A DNA stretch of 64,000 nt, taken from assembly GCA_013376995.1 (NCBI GenBank), contig JACAAZ010000021.1:9952-73951 (forward strand), given 5' to 3'. Of this stretch, positions 9,359 to 20,042 are shown piece by piece. The translations under genes were made by a program, and so were the position numbers. This DNA comes from Bacteroidota bacterium. GTDB taxonomy: Bacteria; Bacteroidota; Bacteroidia; Bacteroidales; UBA4417. Within the stretch, counting starts at the first letter, position 1; each line of letters opens with the position of its first letter. Under the pieces are notes generated by a model. The model was not told the DNA's origin. It saw only the letters and a list, made by a program, of their open reading frames with translations, and did no database searches.

Positions 9359-11200
9359 ATGAAAAAGTATCTCATTATTTCATTCCTAATTATTTATTAT
9401 TCAAATACATATGCCCAGGTCACCATCGACCATGTAGAACCACCCAATTGGTGGATTGGCATGAAGAACAAAACGGTCCAACTCATGATTCATGGAAATA
9501 ACATTGGCCGGACCGATCCTTCTGTCAGTACTAAAGGCGTTAAGATCAAGAAATCGCACAAGGCGGGTTCTGATTACCTGTTCCTGGACCTCCAGATATC
9601 CGGGGATTTAAAACCCTGCACTGTTCAGCTTAGTTTCAATGATGACCGCAAACCTCTTGCAACCTGGAACTATGAGTTGAAGGCCCGTTCCCAGGGTTCT
9701 GCTGAAAGGAAGTCTTTTACTACTGCTGATAATATCTACCTCATTATGCCGGATCGCTTCGCTAATGGAGATCCTTCAAATGATGATATGCCGGGAATGA
9801 AAGAACGATCCGACAGGTCAAATCCGAACGGCAGGCATGGTGGCGACATCAAAGGTATCAGCGATCACCTCGATTACCTTCAAAAACTCGGGGTTACAGC
9901 TATTTGGTGTACACCGGTTCTCGAAAATAATATGCCGCACGCTTCATACCATGGTTATGCAATCACTGACCTGTACAAAGTTGATCCACGTTTTGGAACC
10001 AATGAATCTTTCCGCGACCTGGTCAGGGATGCACATCAAAAGGGAATGAAGACCATCATGGATATGGTATTTAATCACTTCGGCACGGAGCATTGGTGGA
10101 TGAAAGACCTGCCTCAGAAAGACTGGATCAACCAATGGCCTGATTTCACCCGCTCCAACTTTCATGGAGTTTCAAATATCGATCCTCACGCCTCAAAGTT
10201 CGATAAAGAAAGAATGGTAAACGGATGGTTCGACAATACCATGGCTGACTTTAACCAGCAGAATCCTTTTGTTGCCAACTACCTCATCCAGAACAGTATC
10301 TGGTGGATCGAATATGCAGGTTTGGACGGAATCCGCCAGGATACCTATCCATATTCTGACCAGCAATTCATGACTTCCTGGATGAAAAGGCTGAGAGAAG
10401 AATATCCTGATTTTAAAGTTGTTGGGGAAGTATGGCTGAATAGCCCATCAGAAGTCGCATACTGGATGGACAATTCTCCAAATCACCCCGAATCTCGAAC
10501 ATTCCTCACGAATGTTTTCGATTTTCCGCTCGCGTTTGCCATACAAAAGGCTTTTGTCGAAGATGATGGCTGGGATACTGGTATGGGAAGGCTATACGAT
10601 ATTGTTAGCCAGGATTTTTTGTACAGTAAACCTTCAGAGTTAGTAGTATTCGCTGATAATCATGATATTGAAAGGATGTATGCTGTGCTCAAGACTGTTG
10701 ACAACGTAAAGATGGCATTGGCATTTATTTGCACAACCAGGGGAATTCCATTGATATATTACGGCACAGAAGCTTTGAGCGACAGGGGATCTCTTGAAGG
10801 TGATTCCGGCAAGCGCAAAGACTTCCCGGGAGGATGGGCAGGCGATAAGACAAATATGTTCACTACTCAGGAACTTTCGAACGACCAACAGGCTTTGTAC
10901 CAGTACACCACAAAATTGCTTAACTGGCGAAAGAGTAATAAGACAATCCAGGAAGGAGTATTAACTCACTATATTCCTGAAAATGGTATTTATGTATACT
11001 TCAAAACTCTGGGGGATAACTCGGTAATGGTTATCCTTAATAATAGCAACAAGGAAAAGAATGTTGAAACAAAACGTTTCAGGGAGAATCTTGATGGATT
11101 CAGGAATGGGAAGGACGCCCTGGATGGTACAACAATCAGGGACCTGGACAAAATCAATGTTCCGGCTAAAACAGCCAGGATAATTGAACTATCAAAATAA
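9359..11200 (+). CDS. GH13 cyclomaltodextrinase/neopullulanase (SusA-like)
   Basis: Signal peptide; HVEPPNWWIGM N-domain; YLIMPDRFANGD, DMVFNH, GIRQDT, GEVW, DNHD. Confidence 0.9.
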   Translation: MKKYLIISFLIIYYSNTYAQVTIDHVEPPNWWIGMKNKTVQLMIHGNNIGRTDPSVSTKGVKIKKSHKAGSDYLFLDLQISGDLKPCTVQLSFNDDRKPLATWNYELKARSQGSAERKSFTTADNIYLIMPDRFANGDPSNDDMPGMKERSDRSNPNGRHGGDIKGISDHLDYLQKLGVTAIWCTPVLENNMPHASYHGYAITDLYKVDPRFGTNESFRDLVRDAHQKGMKTIMDMVFNHFGTEHWWMKDLPQKDWINQWPDFTRSNFHGVSNIDPHASKFDKERMVNGWFDNTMADFNQQNPFVANYLIQNSIWWIEYAGLDGIRQDTYPYSDQQFMTSWMKRLREEYPDFKVVGEVWLNSPSEVAYWMDNSPNHPESRTFLTNVFDFPLAFAIQKAFVEDDGWDTGMGRLYDIVSQDFLYSKPSELVVFADNHDIERMYAVLKTVDNVKMALAFICTTRGIPLIYYGTEALSDRGSLEGDSGKRKDFPGGWAGDKTNMFTTQELSNDQQALYQYTTKLLNWRKSNKTIQEGVLTHYIPENGIYVYFKTLGDNSVMVILNNSNKEKNVETKRFRENLDGFRNGKDALDGTTIRDLDKINVPAKTARIIELSK

Positions 11201-11260
11201 TTTCCGAATATTCAGGCTCAGCCTTGGAGTTAACTTAGCCAAATGCAATCCTTTGTTCAA

Positions 11261-14110
11261 ATGAGAATAAGAATTTTAACCAATCGCTTGACCGGTTTTG
11301 CCCTGGCTCTTGCCCTGATGCTGCTTACTTGGCCCAATCCACTTTCTGCCCAGGTAATTCGGATTGAGCCCCCTAGTCCTGCAGTGAATATCGATGCTAC
11401 GTTATACTATGATGCTTCTCAGGGAAATAAGGCATTGAAGAACTATAGCGGGGATGTCTATCTCCATACCGGTGTTATAACCAATAAAAGCCTTGATGGT
11501 CACGACTGGAAATATGTAGTTGGAAATTGGGGAAAGCCGGATAAGCTGGTCCTCATGAAAAGAGAAGGTCCCAACCTCTACTCTTTCAAATTACAGATCA
11601 AATCCTTCTATAAACTGGGTGATCAGGATGTTGCTCAGCAATTAGCTTTCGTATTCAGGAACGAAGATGGTACAATAGTCGGGAAAACCACTGAAAATGA
11701 AGATATCACCATACCCGTTAATGGATACAAGGTTCCCGAAAAGAAGTCCCTTAAAATTGTTAATGAGAAAAGAAAGGTTATTTCTATACAGCCCGTTGGT
11801 GTCGGTTGGAATGTGACTACTGACCACGGAATGGTCACGATTCGTACATATGCTGATAATATTCTTGGAATTGGTTTTTCTCCATCAGGTAATGTAAACG
11901 AAGATTCATCACATGCTGTCGTTGCAAAACCTGTTGCTATTTCAAGCAAGTCTTGCAAAGTTGGTAAAGGCGAAATTCTGAAAAGCGGGGATATCAGCGT
12001 GTATGCCAATTCGGATCCATATTACCTTGCCTTCATATACAAGGGGGATACTATCCTGCAGGAAGAAGACGGATTCTTTCAACAACCCGGAAACAGTGGG
12101 GTAAGGTTCAGGCTTGGTAAAGATGAAGCCATCTATGGTGCCGGGGAAAGGGCATTACCTATGAACCGCCGGGGAAATCGCTTCTCATTATACAATAGGC
12201 CTTTCTATGGGTATGAATATGGTGCCGCAATGCTCAATTATTCTATGCCATTAACGTTCTCCTCCCGGAAATATGCTGTATTATTCGATAATCCAGCCAA
12301 AGGTTATGTTGATATCGGGAAAACAGAATCCAACGTCCAGGAATGGGGTACGTCCGGTGGAACTCTCCGGTATTTTGTAATCGCGGGGAAGGATTGGCAG
12401 GAAATAACCAAATCTTATACAGCCCTTACCGGCCGGCAATCGCTGCCGCCTCGCTGGGTATTTGGTAACCTCCAAAGCCGGATGGCCTACCGGAATCAGT
12501 TAGAAACAGACAGCATTGTTTCCCTGATGCGGAAAAAGAATTTCCCGGTTGATGCTGTAATCCTTGACTTCTATTGGTTCGGTGACAGTATCCAGGGGCA
12601 TCTTGGCAACCTCGACTGGTACAGGAAGGCTTGGCCCGACCCCGTTGGAATGATAAACAAGTTTAAGAAGGAAGGAATCAAAACCATCCTGATCACGGAG
12701 CCATATGTTATTGACACGGTTGCAAATTACGCGGATGCAGCTTCTAAGGGCGTTTTTGTAACCGATAGTTTAGGCCATCCTTACAAGGATAAGCAATTCT
12801 ATTTTGGTACCGGAAGCCTGATCGATATTTTCAAGCCGGAAGCCAGGGACTGGTTCTGGAGCAAGTATAAAAAGCAGATCGACAATGGAGTAGCTGCCTG
12901 GTGGGGCGACCTCGGTGAACCAGAAAGCCATCCGGCAGATATCCATCACAGCATTGGCACAGCTGACCAGGTTCATAACATTTTTGGACATTACTGGGAT
13001 AGGATGTTGTTCGAAAAATACAAACAGAATTATCCAGGCACAAGGCTATTCCATCTGCAACGTTCCGGTTTTGCGGGATCGCAGCGTTATTCAGCATTCC
13101 CATGGACCGGTGATGTGTCACGAAGTTGGGGAGGACTGAAAGCACAATTACCGTTGCTCTTAACTATGAGCATGAGTGGCCTAGGCTACATTCATTCTGA
13201 TGCCGGAGGCTTTGCACAGGGTTTGAAAGATGATGAACTTTATACCCGTTGGCTTCAGTTTGCTGTATTCACTCCAATTCTTCGGCCCCACGGATCTGGC
13301 ATTCCGTCTGAACCTGTTTACTGGAGTGAAAAAACACAGGATATTGTGCGGAAGTATATGGAACTCCGTTATTCATTGCTTCCTTATAATTATACCCTGG
13401 CCTGGGAAAATGCTACAAGTGGCACTCCTTTAATGAGGCCTTTATTTTATAATTACCCGGGAGACACTACTGCTGTCGCAATTGGTGATCAGTATATGTG
13501 GGGTGATCATATGATGGTGGTTGCTATTACGGATAAAGGAGCAACAAGTAAGAAAATCTACCTTCCTGCCGGAAACTGGATAGATTTCAATACTGCTAAA
13601 CAGTATAAAGGGGGTGAATGGATAGATTATCAGCTAAGTATAGAAAATATTCCTGTATTCGTGAAAACCGGTAGCTTCATCCCAATGACAAAGCCTGTTC
13701 ATTCAACGGATCTTTATACATCCGAGGAATATATTGTCAGGTACTATCCTTCCCAAGCCGCTGAATTCACGCAATATGAAGATGATGGAACCGATAACCA
13801 GGCAATGGCGAAAGGAAAGTTTGAACTTATTCATTATGAAGCGAAGCAGGATTCCCACATCATTGTTATCAGTCTTTCAAAAAAAGGTAATTGGACAGGT
13901 ATGCCTGTAAACCGCAAAATGACCTTCAAGGTATTCCGAGATATCGCACCAGCTAAAGTCCTCATTAATGGGAAGCCGATCCCTGTTTCACATTCAACTA
14001 AAGCAGGTGTAAGTTCCTGGCAACTTAAAGATGGTTGGTTGGATATCTCTTTTTCATGGAACGGACAACCCGTTAAAATCCAACTAACCGATGCTGTTTC
14101 TAACCCCTGA
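11261..14110 (+). CDS. GH31 alpha-glucosidase/transglucosylase with extra N-terminal module
   Basis: WWGDLGEPE, WTGDV, HSDAGGF, ELYTRWLQF, LMRPLF motifs; signal peptide; start uncertain (11243 or 11261). Confidence 0.88.
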   Translation: MRIRILTNRLTGFALALALMLLTWPNPLSAQVIRIEPPSPAVNIDATLYYDASQGNKALKNYSGDVYLHTGVITNKSLDGHDWKYVVGNWGKPDKLVLMKREGPNLYSFKLQIKSFYKLGDQDVAQQLAFVFRNEDGTIVGKTTENEDITIPVNGYKVPEKKSLKIVNEKRKVISIQPVGVGWNVTTDHGMVTIRTYADNILGIGFSPSGNVNEDSSHAVVAKPVAISSKSCKVGKGEILKSGDISVYANSDPYYLAFIYKGDTILQEEDGFFQQPGNSGVRFRLGKDEAIYGAGERALPMNRRGNRFSLYNRPFYGYEYGAAMLNYSMPLTFSSRKYAVLFDNPAKGYVDIGKTESNVQEWGTSGGTLRYFVIAGKDWQEITKSYTALTGRQSLPPRWVFGNLQSRMAYRNQLETDSIVSLMRKKNFPVDAVILDFYWFGDSIQGHLGNLDWYRKAWPDPVGMINKFKKEGIKTILITEPYVIDTVANYADAASKGVFVTDSLGHPYKDKQFYFGTGSLIDIFKPEARDWFWSKYKKQIDNGVAAWWGDLGEPESHPADIHHSIGTADQVHNIFGHYWDRMLFEKYKQNYPGTRLFHLQRSGFAGSQRYSAFPWTGDVSRSWGGLKAQLPLLLTMSMSGLGYIHSDAGGFAQGLKDDELYTRWLQFAVFTPILRPHGSGIPSEPVYWSEKTQDIVRKYMELRYSLLPYNYTLAWENATSGTPLMRPLFYNYPGDTTAVAIGDQYMWGDHMMVVAITDKGATSKKIYLPAGNWIDFNTAKQYKGGEWIDYQLSIENIPVFVKTGSFIPMTKPVHSTDLYTSEEYIVRYYPSQAAEFTQYEDDGTDNQAMAKGKFELIHYEAKQDSHIIVISLSKKGNWTGMPVNRKMTFKVFRDIAPAKVLINGKPIPVSHSTKAGVSSWQLKDGWLDISFSWNGQPVKIQLTDAVSNP

Positions 14111-14169
14111 TAACTTAATTCATGAATAATAACGTGCTTTATCATTCCCCCATTATCTCTCCTTTTATC

Positions 14170-14239
14170 TGACAACCAATAACTAATAACCAGTAACTAA
14201 TAACCAATAACCAATAACTTATAACTCATTACCGATAAC
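14170..14239. repeat. Ten tandem degenerate heptamers (consensus YAATAAC)
   Basis: tgacaac caataac taataac cagtaac taataac caataac caataac ttataac tcattac cgataac. Confidence 0.85.
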
Positions 14240-14263
14240 TGTTAAACAACCTAACAAAAAAAC

Positions 14264-15634
14264 ATGAGAAACTTTTACAAAAAGCTGGCAATGATAGGGT
14301 TAGCTCCCTTTTTATTGCTCTCCTGCAAGGAGAAGCAGATTCCTGCTAATTACCCGGATTGGGCTAAAAATGCAGTTATTTATGAGGTTAACACTCGTCA
14401 GTACACTCCTGAAGGAACCTTCAAGGCTTTCGAAGCTCACCTTCCCAGACTTAAGGAACTGGGTGTTGACATTCTCTGGTTCATGCCTATTCATCCAATT
14501 GGAATTGTAAAACGTAAAGTTCCCGAAGGAAGGACAGAAAGCCTCGGCAGCTACTATTCAGTTAAAGATTATAAGGGGATAAATCCAGAGTTCGGAACTG
14601 AAGCAGATTTCAAGGAATTGGTTGATAAGGCTCACTCCATGGGTTTCAAAGTTATTATCGATTGGGTTGCTAACCACACAGCCTGGGATAACGCCTGGAT
14701 CACTGAGCACCCGGATTGGTATAAGCAGGATAGTGCGGGGCATATTGTATCTGCCTTTGATTGGACTGATGTTGCCAAGTTGAATTATGACAACAAGGAC
14801 ATGCGGAAAGCAATGATCGAATCTATGAAGTATTGGATCGATAAATGTAATATTGATGGCTTCCGTTGCGATGTAGCCGGTGAAGTGCCTGCCGATTTCT
14901 GGGATCAGGCCCGTGCTGAACTTGAGAAAACAAAACCATTGTTTATGCTTGCTGAGAACGAGGATAAACCGGAATTATATAAAAAGGCATTTGACGCTGC
15001 ATATGGATGGGGAATGCACTCTATTATGCACGAAGTATACCAGGGCAAACGTCCTTTTTCAGATATCGTAAAGCAGGTTTTCAAGGTTGACTCAATAATG
15101 CCGAAATATGCATTACAGATGAACTTCGTCACCAATCATGACGAGAATTCATGGAACGGTACTGCCTGGGAAAAATTTGGGACCGGCCTGGATAATTTTA
15201 CAATACTTACCTACACTCTTCCTGGAATACCTTTGATATACAGCGGACAGGAAGTCGGCCTCGACAAACGTCTGCAGTTCTTTATTAAAGATAGTATAGA
15301 TTGGAAGGGAAAAGATTTGAGTCCATTCCTGAAAACCTTGAACGATCTAAAACACAATAACGAGGCTCTCTGGAATCCTCCATTTGGCGGCAAATTTATT
15401 CCGATCGACAATACAGAGCCTGAAAAGATTTTGACCTTCATGCGGATTAAAGGCAAACATCATGTTCTGGTTGCTTTAAATATGAGTTCTGAGGAGGTAA
15501 AATTCAGGTTCAAAACCTCAAAAGTTGATGGAGAGTATACCGACATTTTTGCTAAGGTTAATATATCAGTAAATAGCTCAAATCTAGATCTTTCTTTACC
15601 ACCATGGGCTTATTGGGTGGTCGAGTCAAAATAG
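14264..15634 (+). CDS. GH13 alpha-amylase family lipoprotein
   Basis: Lipobox LLSC; DWVANH, GFRCDVA, LAE, TNHDEN. Confidence 0.9.
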   Translation: MRNFYKKLAMIGLAPFLLLSCKEKQIPANYPDWAKNAVIYEVNTRQYTPEGTFKAFEAHLPRLKELGVDILWFMPIHPIGIVKRKVPEGRTESLGSYYSVKDYKGINPEFGTEADFKELVDKAHSMGFKVIIDWVANHTAWDNAWITEHPDWYKQDSAGHIVSAFDWTDVAKLNYDNKDMRKAMIESMKYWIDKCNIDGFRCDVAGEVPADFWDQARAELEKTKPLFMLAENEDKPELYKKAFDAAYGWGMHSIMHEVYQGKRPFSDIVKQVFKVDSIMPKYALQMNFVTNHDENSWNGTAWEKFGTGLDNFTILTYTLPGIPLIYSGQEVGLDKRLQFFIKDSIDWKGKDLSPFLKTLNDLKHNNEALWNPPFGGKFIPIDNTEPEKILTFMRIKGKHHVLVALNMSSEEVKFRFKTSKVDGEYTDIFAKVNISVNSSNLDLSLPPWAYWVVESK

Positions 15635-15661
15635 CAGCAAGGCTTTAATGCATCTCTGATA

Positions 15662-15701
15662 AAAGAAAACGCCTGCCGGAAACCTGGCAGGCGTTTTCTT
15701 T
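15662..15701. terminator. Bidirectional intrinsic terminator
   Basis: AAAGAAAACGCCTGCC-ggaaacct-GGCAGGCGTTTTCTTT between convergent genes. Confidence 0.85.
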
Positions 15702-15716
15702 GGCTTACAGGCCGGA

Positions 15717-17003
15717 TTATTTTTTCTCCTTGATGATCAAAGCACAGCATCCTCCAAGGATCATTGAGCAGCCTGCCATTACTATGCAAAGCATTGCGTT
15801 TTCATTGAACAGGTATTTCAGTATCAATCCTGTAAATACACCGCTTATGATCTGGGGGATGGTAATTGACATGTTAAACAGGCCCATGTAGATTCCCATC
15901 CTTTTAGGCGGGATGCTACTGGCAAGCATGGCATATGGCATGGCCAGGATGCTGCCCCAGGCGATTCCAATTCCTATCATAGGCAGAATCAGCCAGTCTG
16001 CATTCGGAATGATGAGGAACGACAGGAAAGATAGACCACCCACAGCAAGTGCGAGTGCGTGTGTGAACTTTTTCCCGATTCTCTTGGCCAGGATAGGAAG
16101 CAACAAAGCCACAACAGCAGACACCCCGTTATAAATCCCGAAAAGTATACCAACCCAGTTTCCGGCTTCCTGGTATCCGGTTGAACTTGGATCCGGGCTA
16201 TGGTAGAAATAGAAAGCAACTGCAGGAGTAGTATAAACCCACATGGAAAAGAGTGCAAACCAGGAAAAGAACTGAACCAGTAGAAGCTGCACCATAATTC
16301 GAGGGATCACAACTTTCTTTGGCTTTTCATCTTCAATCTCCTTATCATAGTACTCAGGTGGATATTCAGATGTGCCGATTACCGTTACTAAGATTGAAGT
16401 GATCAGAACGAATGCTCCTACATAAAAGGAAATATATACATTGGGGGGGACAAGGCCTTTTCCGGAGGCTTCTTTAGCTATTCCAAACCAATTTCCAAGG
16501 ATGTAAGGCAACCATGATCCAACTACAGCTCCTATTCCAATCAGTAAAGTCTGGACTGAAAATCCAAGGGTATGCTGTTCCTCGGGTAACTTTTCAGCAA
16601 CCAGTGCCCTGAAGGGTTCCATCGAAATATTGATGGATGCATCCATAATCATCAGCATGCCGCCACCAATAAACATGGGAGCCAGGAATGTTGCCAGGTG
16701 AGGTGCATTGGGCATCAGGATAAGAGCTGTACTGGTTAAAATGGCACCAGCCAGGAAATATGGCCGCCTTCTGCCAAGCCTGCACCAGGTCTTATCACTA
16801 AAGTAACCTATAATGGGCTGAACAATCATGCCCGTAATGGGAGCTACCAGCCAGAACCAGCTGAGATGATCCACTTCGGCGCCAAATGTTTGGAGAATTC
16901 TGGAAGCATTGGCATTCTGCAATGCAAATCCAAATTGGATACCCAGAAACCCGAAACTCATGTTCCAAATCTGCCAGAAAGTAAGTCGGGGTCGTTTTAC
17001 CAT
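15717..17003 (-). CDS. MFS/SLC45-type maltose transporter
   Basis: IWNMSFGFLGIQFGFALQ, GRRRPYF, MEPFRALV, MGIYMGLFN; multi-pass hydrophobic; ATG 17003 follows TACATTTG box (17023-17030). Confidence 0.9.
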   Translation of the reverse strand: MVKRPRLTFWQIWNMSFGFLGIQFGFALQNANASRILQTFGAEVDHLSWFWLVAPITGMIVQPIIGYFSDKTWCRLGRRRPYFLAGAILTSTALILMPNAPHLATFLAPMFIGGGMLMIMDASINISMEPFRALVAEKLPEEQHTLGFSVQTLLIGIGAVVGSWLPYILGNWFGIAKEASGKGLVPPNVYISFYVGAFVLITSILVTVIGTSEYPPEYYDKEIEDEKPKKVVIPRIMVQLLLVQFFSWFALFSMWVYTTPAVAFYFYHSPDPSSTGYQEAGNWVGILFGIYNGVSAVVALLLPILAKRIGKKFTHALALAVGGLSFLSFLIIPNADWLILPMIGIGIAWGSILAMPYAMLASSIPPKRMGIYMGLFNMSITIPQIISGVFTGLILKYLFNENAMLCIVMAGCSMILGGCCALIIKEKK

Positions 17004-17234
17004 ATAAAAAATGTTGATGCCGCAAATGTATAATTTCATTTTAATTTATTCACATTCAGGCCTAATTCTTTGCCGAACTTGTCCTCTTGGTTAAGAATTG
17101 AATACCCAGGATATGTTGTATGATTGAGAATGAATTACTTTTGTACACCAAAAAACTAAATATTCAATTAGTGAAATCAACATTCCGCAACTACGCAGCC
17201 AGCTAATTGACCTTAATCTTAAAATTATTTAAGG

Positions 17235-20042
17235 ATGAATAAGAGAATCTACCTATCGACATTATTTGCTTTCCTCCTGTTTTACGGAGCATACTCCCAG
17301 ATTATCACGGTCACCCCCCCCTTACCTACTGATGCCGACGGTGTTGAAGTGGTCTTTGATGCTACCCAGGGGAATGCCGGCCTTCAAGGGTATACGGGCG
17401 ATGTATATGCTCATACAGGTGTAATTACCAATCTCAGTACTGGTCCTTCGGATTGGAAGTATGTAAAATCTCCCGGCTGGGGGATAAATACTCCTGAGTG
17501 TAAATTATCCAGCCTGGGTAACAATAAGTGGAAGCTCGTTATTGGTCCTTCAATCAGGGAATATTATGGCGTACCTGCCAGTGAACAGATCGAGAAGCTT
17601 GCTTTTGTATTCAGGTCAGCTACCCAGGTTGGCGGAGCCTGGCTTGAAGGTAAAACAGCCACAGGCGGGGATATCTTCTATGATGTTTATCCTTCCGGTG
17701 TCAGCGTCAAAATAACCAACCCGGATCAGGCTCTCATATTTGCCCAGCTAAATGTTCCCTTCTCGGTTTCAGTATCATCAGTTATGGCCGATACTACAAT
17801 TCTGTATAATAATAATATTAGGATAGCTACAACCACCGGAAATTCAATCACTCAATCCATTACTCCTACAGAATACGGCCGTTATCTGATAAAGGCAATT
17901 GCTAAAAGTTCAACAGGGATAATTGCTGACTCTTTTTATTATTATGTCCGGCCAGCTTCCCCGGTAGCCGAATTACCTCAAGGTATGAAAGATGGGATAA
18001 ACTACCTGAATGACACCACAGCGCTCTTATGCTTGTATGCTCCTCTAAAGGAATATGTTTTTGCAGTTGGTGATTTCAACAATTGGCTGCCTGATGAAGC
18101 AACCTATATGAACCGGACACCGGACGGTAAGAGATACTGGATTCAACTTAACCATTTGATCAAGAAAAAAGAATACATCTTCCAATACCTCGTTGATGGC
18201 AGTATCAGCATTGGTGATCCTTATGCTGCGAAAGTGAGTGATCCCTGGAATGACAGTTATATAGATGTAGCAACCTATCCTGGCCTTATCCAGTATCCAA
18301 CCGGGAAAGCAAGTGGTGTGGCAACATTTCTCCAAACAGCACAGACGCCATACACTTGGCAAAGCACAAACTTTACACCTGCTGCAAATACTGACCTTGT
18401 TGTGTATGAATTATTGATCCGCGATTTTACTGCGAAACATACTTTCCAGTCATTAATTGATACTCTGGGCTACCTTGAAAAGTTAGGAGTGAATGCCATC
18501 GAACTCATGCCGGTAAATGAGTTTGAAGGTAACCTCAGTTGGGGTTACAATCCTAACTACTATTGCGCTTTGGATAAATACTATGGCCCGGCAGATACAT
18601 ATAAGAAATTCATTGATAAGTGCCACCAGAAGGGGATAGCAGTCCTGATGGATATAGCTCTGAACCATTCCTTCGGAACTTCTCCCTATGTAAAGCTTTA
18701 CTGGGATGCTGCCAATAATCGCCCCTCTGCTCAAAGCCCGTTTTATAATCCGGTTCCCAAACATGACTTTAATGTCGGCTATGATATGAACCATGAGTCA
18801 GCTGATACAAAAGCCTATGTTAACAGGATTTTAGAATACTGGATAACCGAATTCAGAGTAGATGGTTTCCGGTTTGACCTTTCTAAAGGATTCACCCAAA
18901 ATAATACTCTTGGTAATACAGCAGCCTGGGGCAATTATGATGCCTCCAGGATCAATATCCTGTCGGGTTACCATGATGTTATGACAGCAACAAACCCGAA
19001 TTCTATCCTCATTCTCGAACATTTTGCCGATAACTCGGAAGAAAAAGAACTTTCAAACCGTGGTATGCTTTTGTGGGGTAATATCAATAATAATTACTCC
19101 GAAGCTGCCATGGGATATGCCGCTACCAGCGACCTTTCGTGGGGCTCATACAAAGCAAGGGGATGGACAAATCCTAACCTGGTTAGCTATATGGAAAGCC
19201 ACGATGAAGAACGCCAGATGTTTAAGTGCATTACCTATGGTAACGCGAGTGGAACCTATTCAACGAAAGATACTACAACAGCAATGAAAAGGGCAGAGCT
19301 GACAAGTGCATTCTTCCTGACAATCCCCGGCCCGAAAATGATATGGCAATTTGGAGAAATGGGTTATGATTACTCAATTAATTACCCAAGTGGAACATCC
19401 GATTCGCGTACTGACAGCAAGCCCCCCCGTTGGGATTATATGAGCCAGTACCGTAGGAGCCACGTTTACAAAACATATGCAGGACTAGCTAAACTGAAAG
19501 TCGAAAATGCCGCTTTCAGATCAACAGACTTTACCACTGATTTAACGGGTGGTATGAAAAAGATCAAATTACAGAGTGGTGATGACAAGGTAGTTGTTCT
19601 GGGGAATTTCGGCGTTACAGATGCAAATATCACACCCGATTTCTTCAACTCCGGTGTTTGGTACGACTACCTGACCGGCGATTCTATTACAGTATCTGTC
19701 GTAACAAATCCTCTGAAACTGAAGGCCGGCGAAGCAAGGGTTTACCTTAACAAGCATCTGGCAAATCCTTTTGGTTTTGCAGATAATGACAAAGCCATTG
19801 CAGAACTTACTGTTTTCCCGAACCCGGTTGTTGATTTCTGCAGGATTCATATAAAATATCCTGGAAACGAGTTATACCAGCTGAGATTTCTCTCACTGTC
19901 AGGCTTGGATGTGGACAACCCGGTAATCGGAGAGGTCAATAAGGACCAGGAATTCCTGTGGAAACCAAAATCATCTGGATTATTCCTTGTACGGCTCCAG
20001 ATTGGAGAAAAGGTGGTTGTTAAGAAGGTACTGGTTCAATAA
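17235..20042 (+). CDS. Secreted GH13 alpha-amylase/pullulanase-like enzyme with T9SS type A CTD
   Basis: Signal peptide; VYELLIRDF, DIALNH, GFRFDLSKG, SHDEER; C-terminal VFPNP...GLFLVRL...KKVLVQ. Confidence 0.88.
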   Translation: MNKRIYLSTLFAFLLFYGAYSQIITVTPPLPTDADGVEVVFDATQGNAGLQGYTGDVYAHTGVITNLSTGPSDWKYVKSPGWGINTPECKLSSLGNNKWKLVIGPSIREYYGVPASEQIEKLAFVFRSATQVGGAWLEGKTATGGDIFYDVYPSGVSVKITNPDQALIFAQLNVPFSVSVSSVMADTTILYNNNIRIATTTGNSITQSITPTEYGRYLIKAIAKSSTGIIADSFYYYVRPASPVAELPQGMKDGINYLNDTTALLCLYAPLKEYVFAVGDFNNWLPDEATYMNRTPDGKRYWIQLNHLIKKKEYIFQYLVDGSISIGDPYAAKVSDPWNDSYIDVATYPGLIQYPTGKASGVATFLQTAQTPYTWQSTNFTPAANTDLVVYELLIRDFTAKHTFQSLIDTLGYLEKLGVNAIELMPVNEFEGNLSWGYNPNYYCALDKYYGPADTYKKFIDKCHQKGIAVLMDIALNHSFGTSPYVKLYWDAANNRPSAQSPFYNPVPKHDFNVGYDMNHESADTKAYVNRILEYWITEFRVDGFRFDLSKGFTQNNTLGNTAAWGNYDASRINILSGYHDVMTATNPNSILILEHFADNSEEKELSNRGMLLWGNINNNYSEAAMGYAATSDLSWGSYKARGWTNPNLVSYMESHDEERQMFKCITYGNASGTYSTKDTTTAMKRAELTSAFFLTIPGPKMIWQFGEMGYDYSINYPSGTSDSRTDSKPPRWDYMSQYRRSHVYKTYAGLAKLKVENAAFRSTDFTTDLTGGMKKIKLQSGDDKVVVLGNFGVTDANITPDFFNSGVWYDYLTGDSITVSVVTNPLKLKAGEARVYLNKHLANPFGFADNDKAIAELTVFPNPVVDFCRIHIKYPGNELYQLRFLSLSGLDVDNPVIGEVNKDQEFLWKPKSSGLFLVRLQIGEKVVVKKVLVQ

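Noticed and set aside
11244-11257. TGCAATCCTTTGTT as an additional LacI operator
   Set aside because: Central CG lost and right flank mismatched.
14170-14239. Possible CRISPR array
   Set aside because: 7 bp tandem units without spacers; no cas genes and no CRISPR-like array seen in the window.
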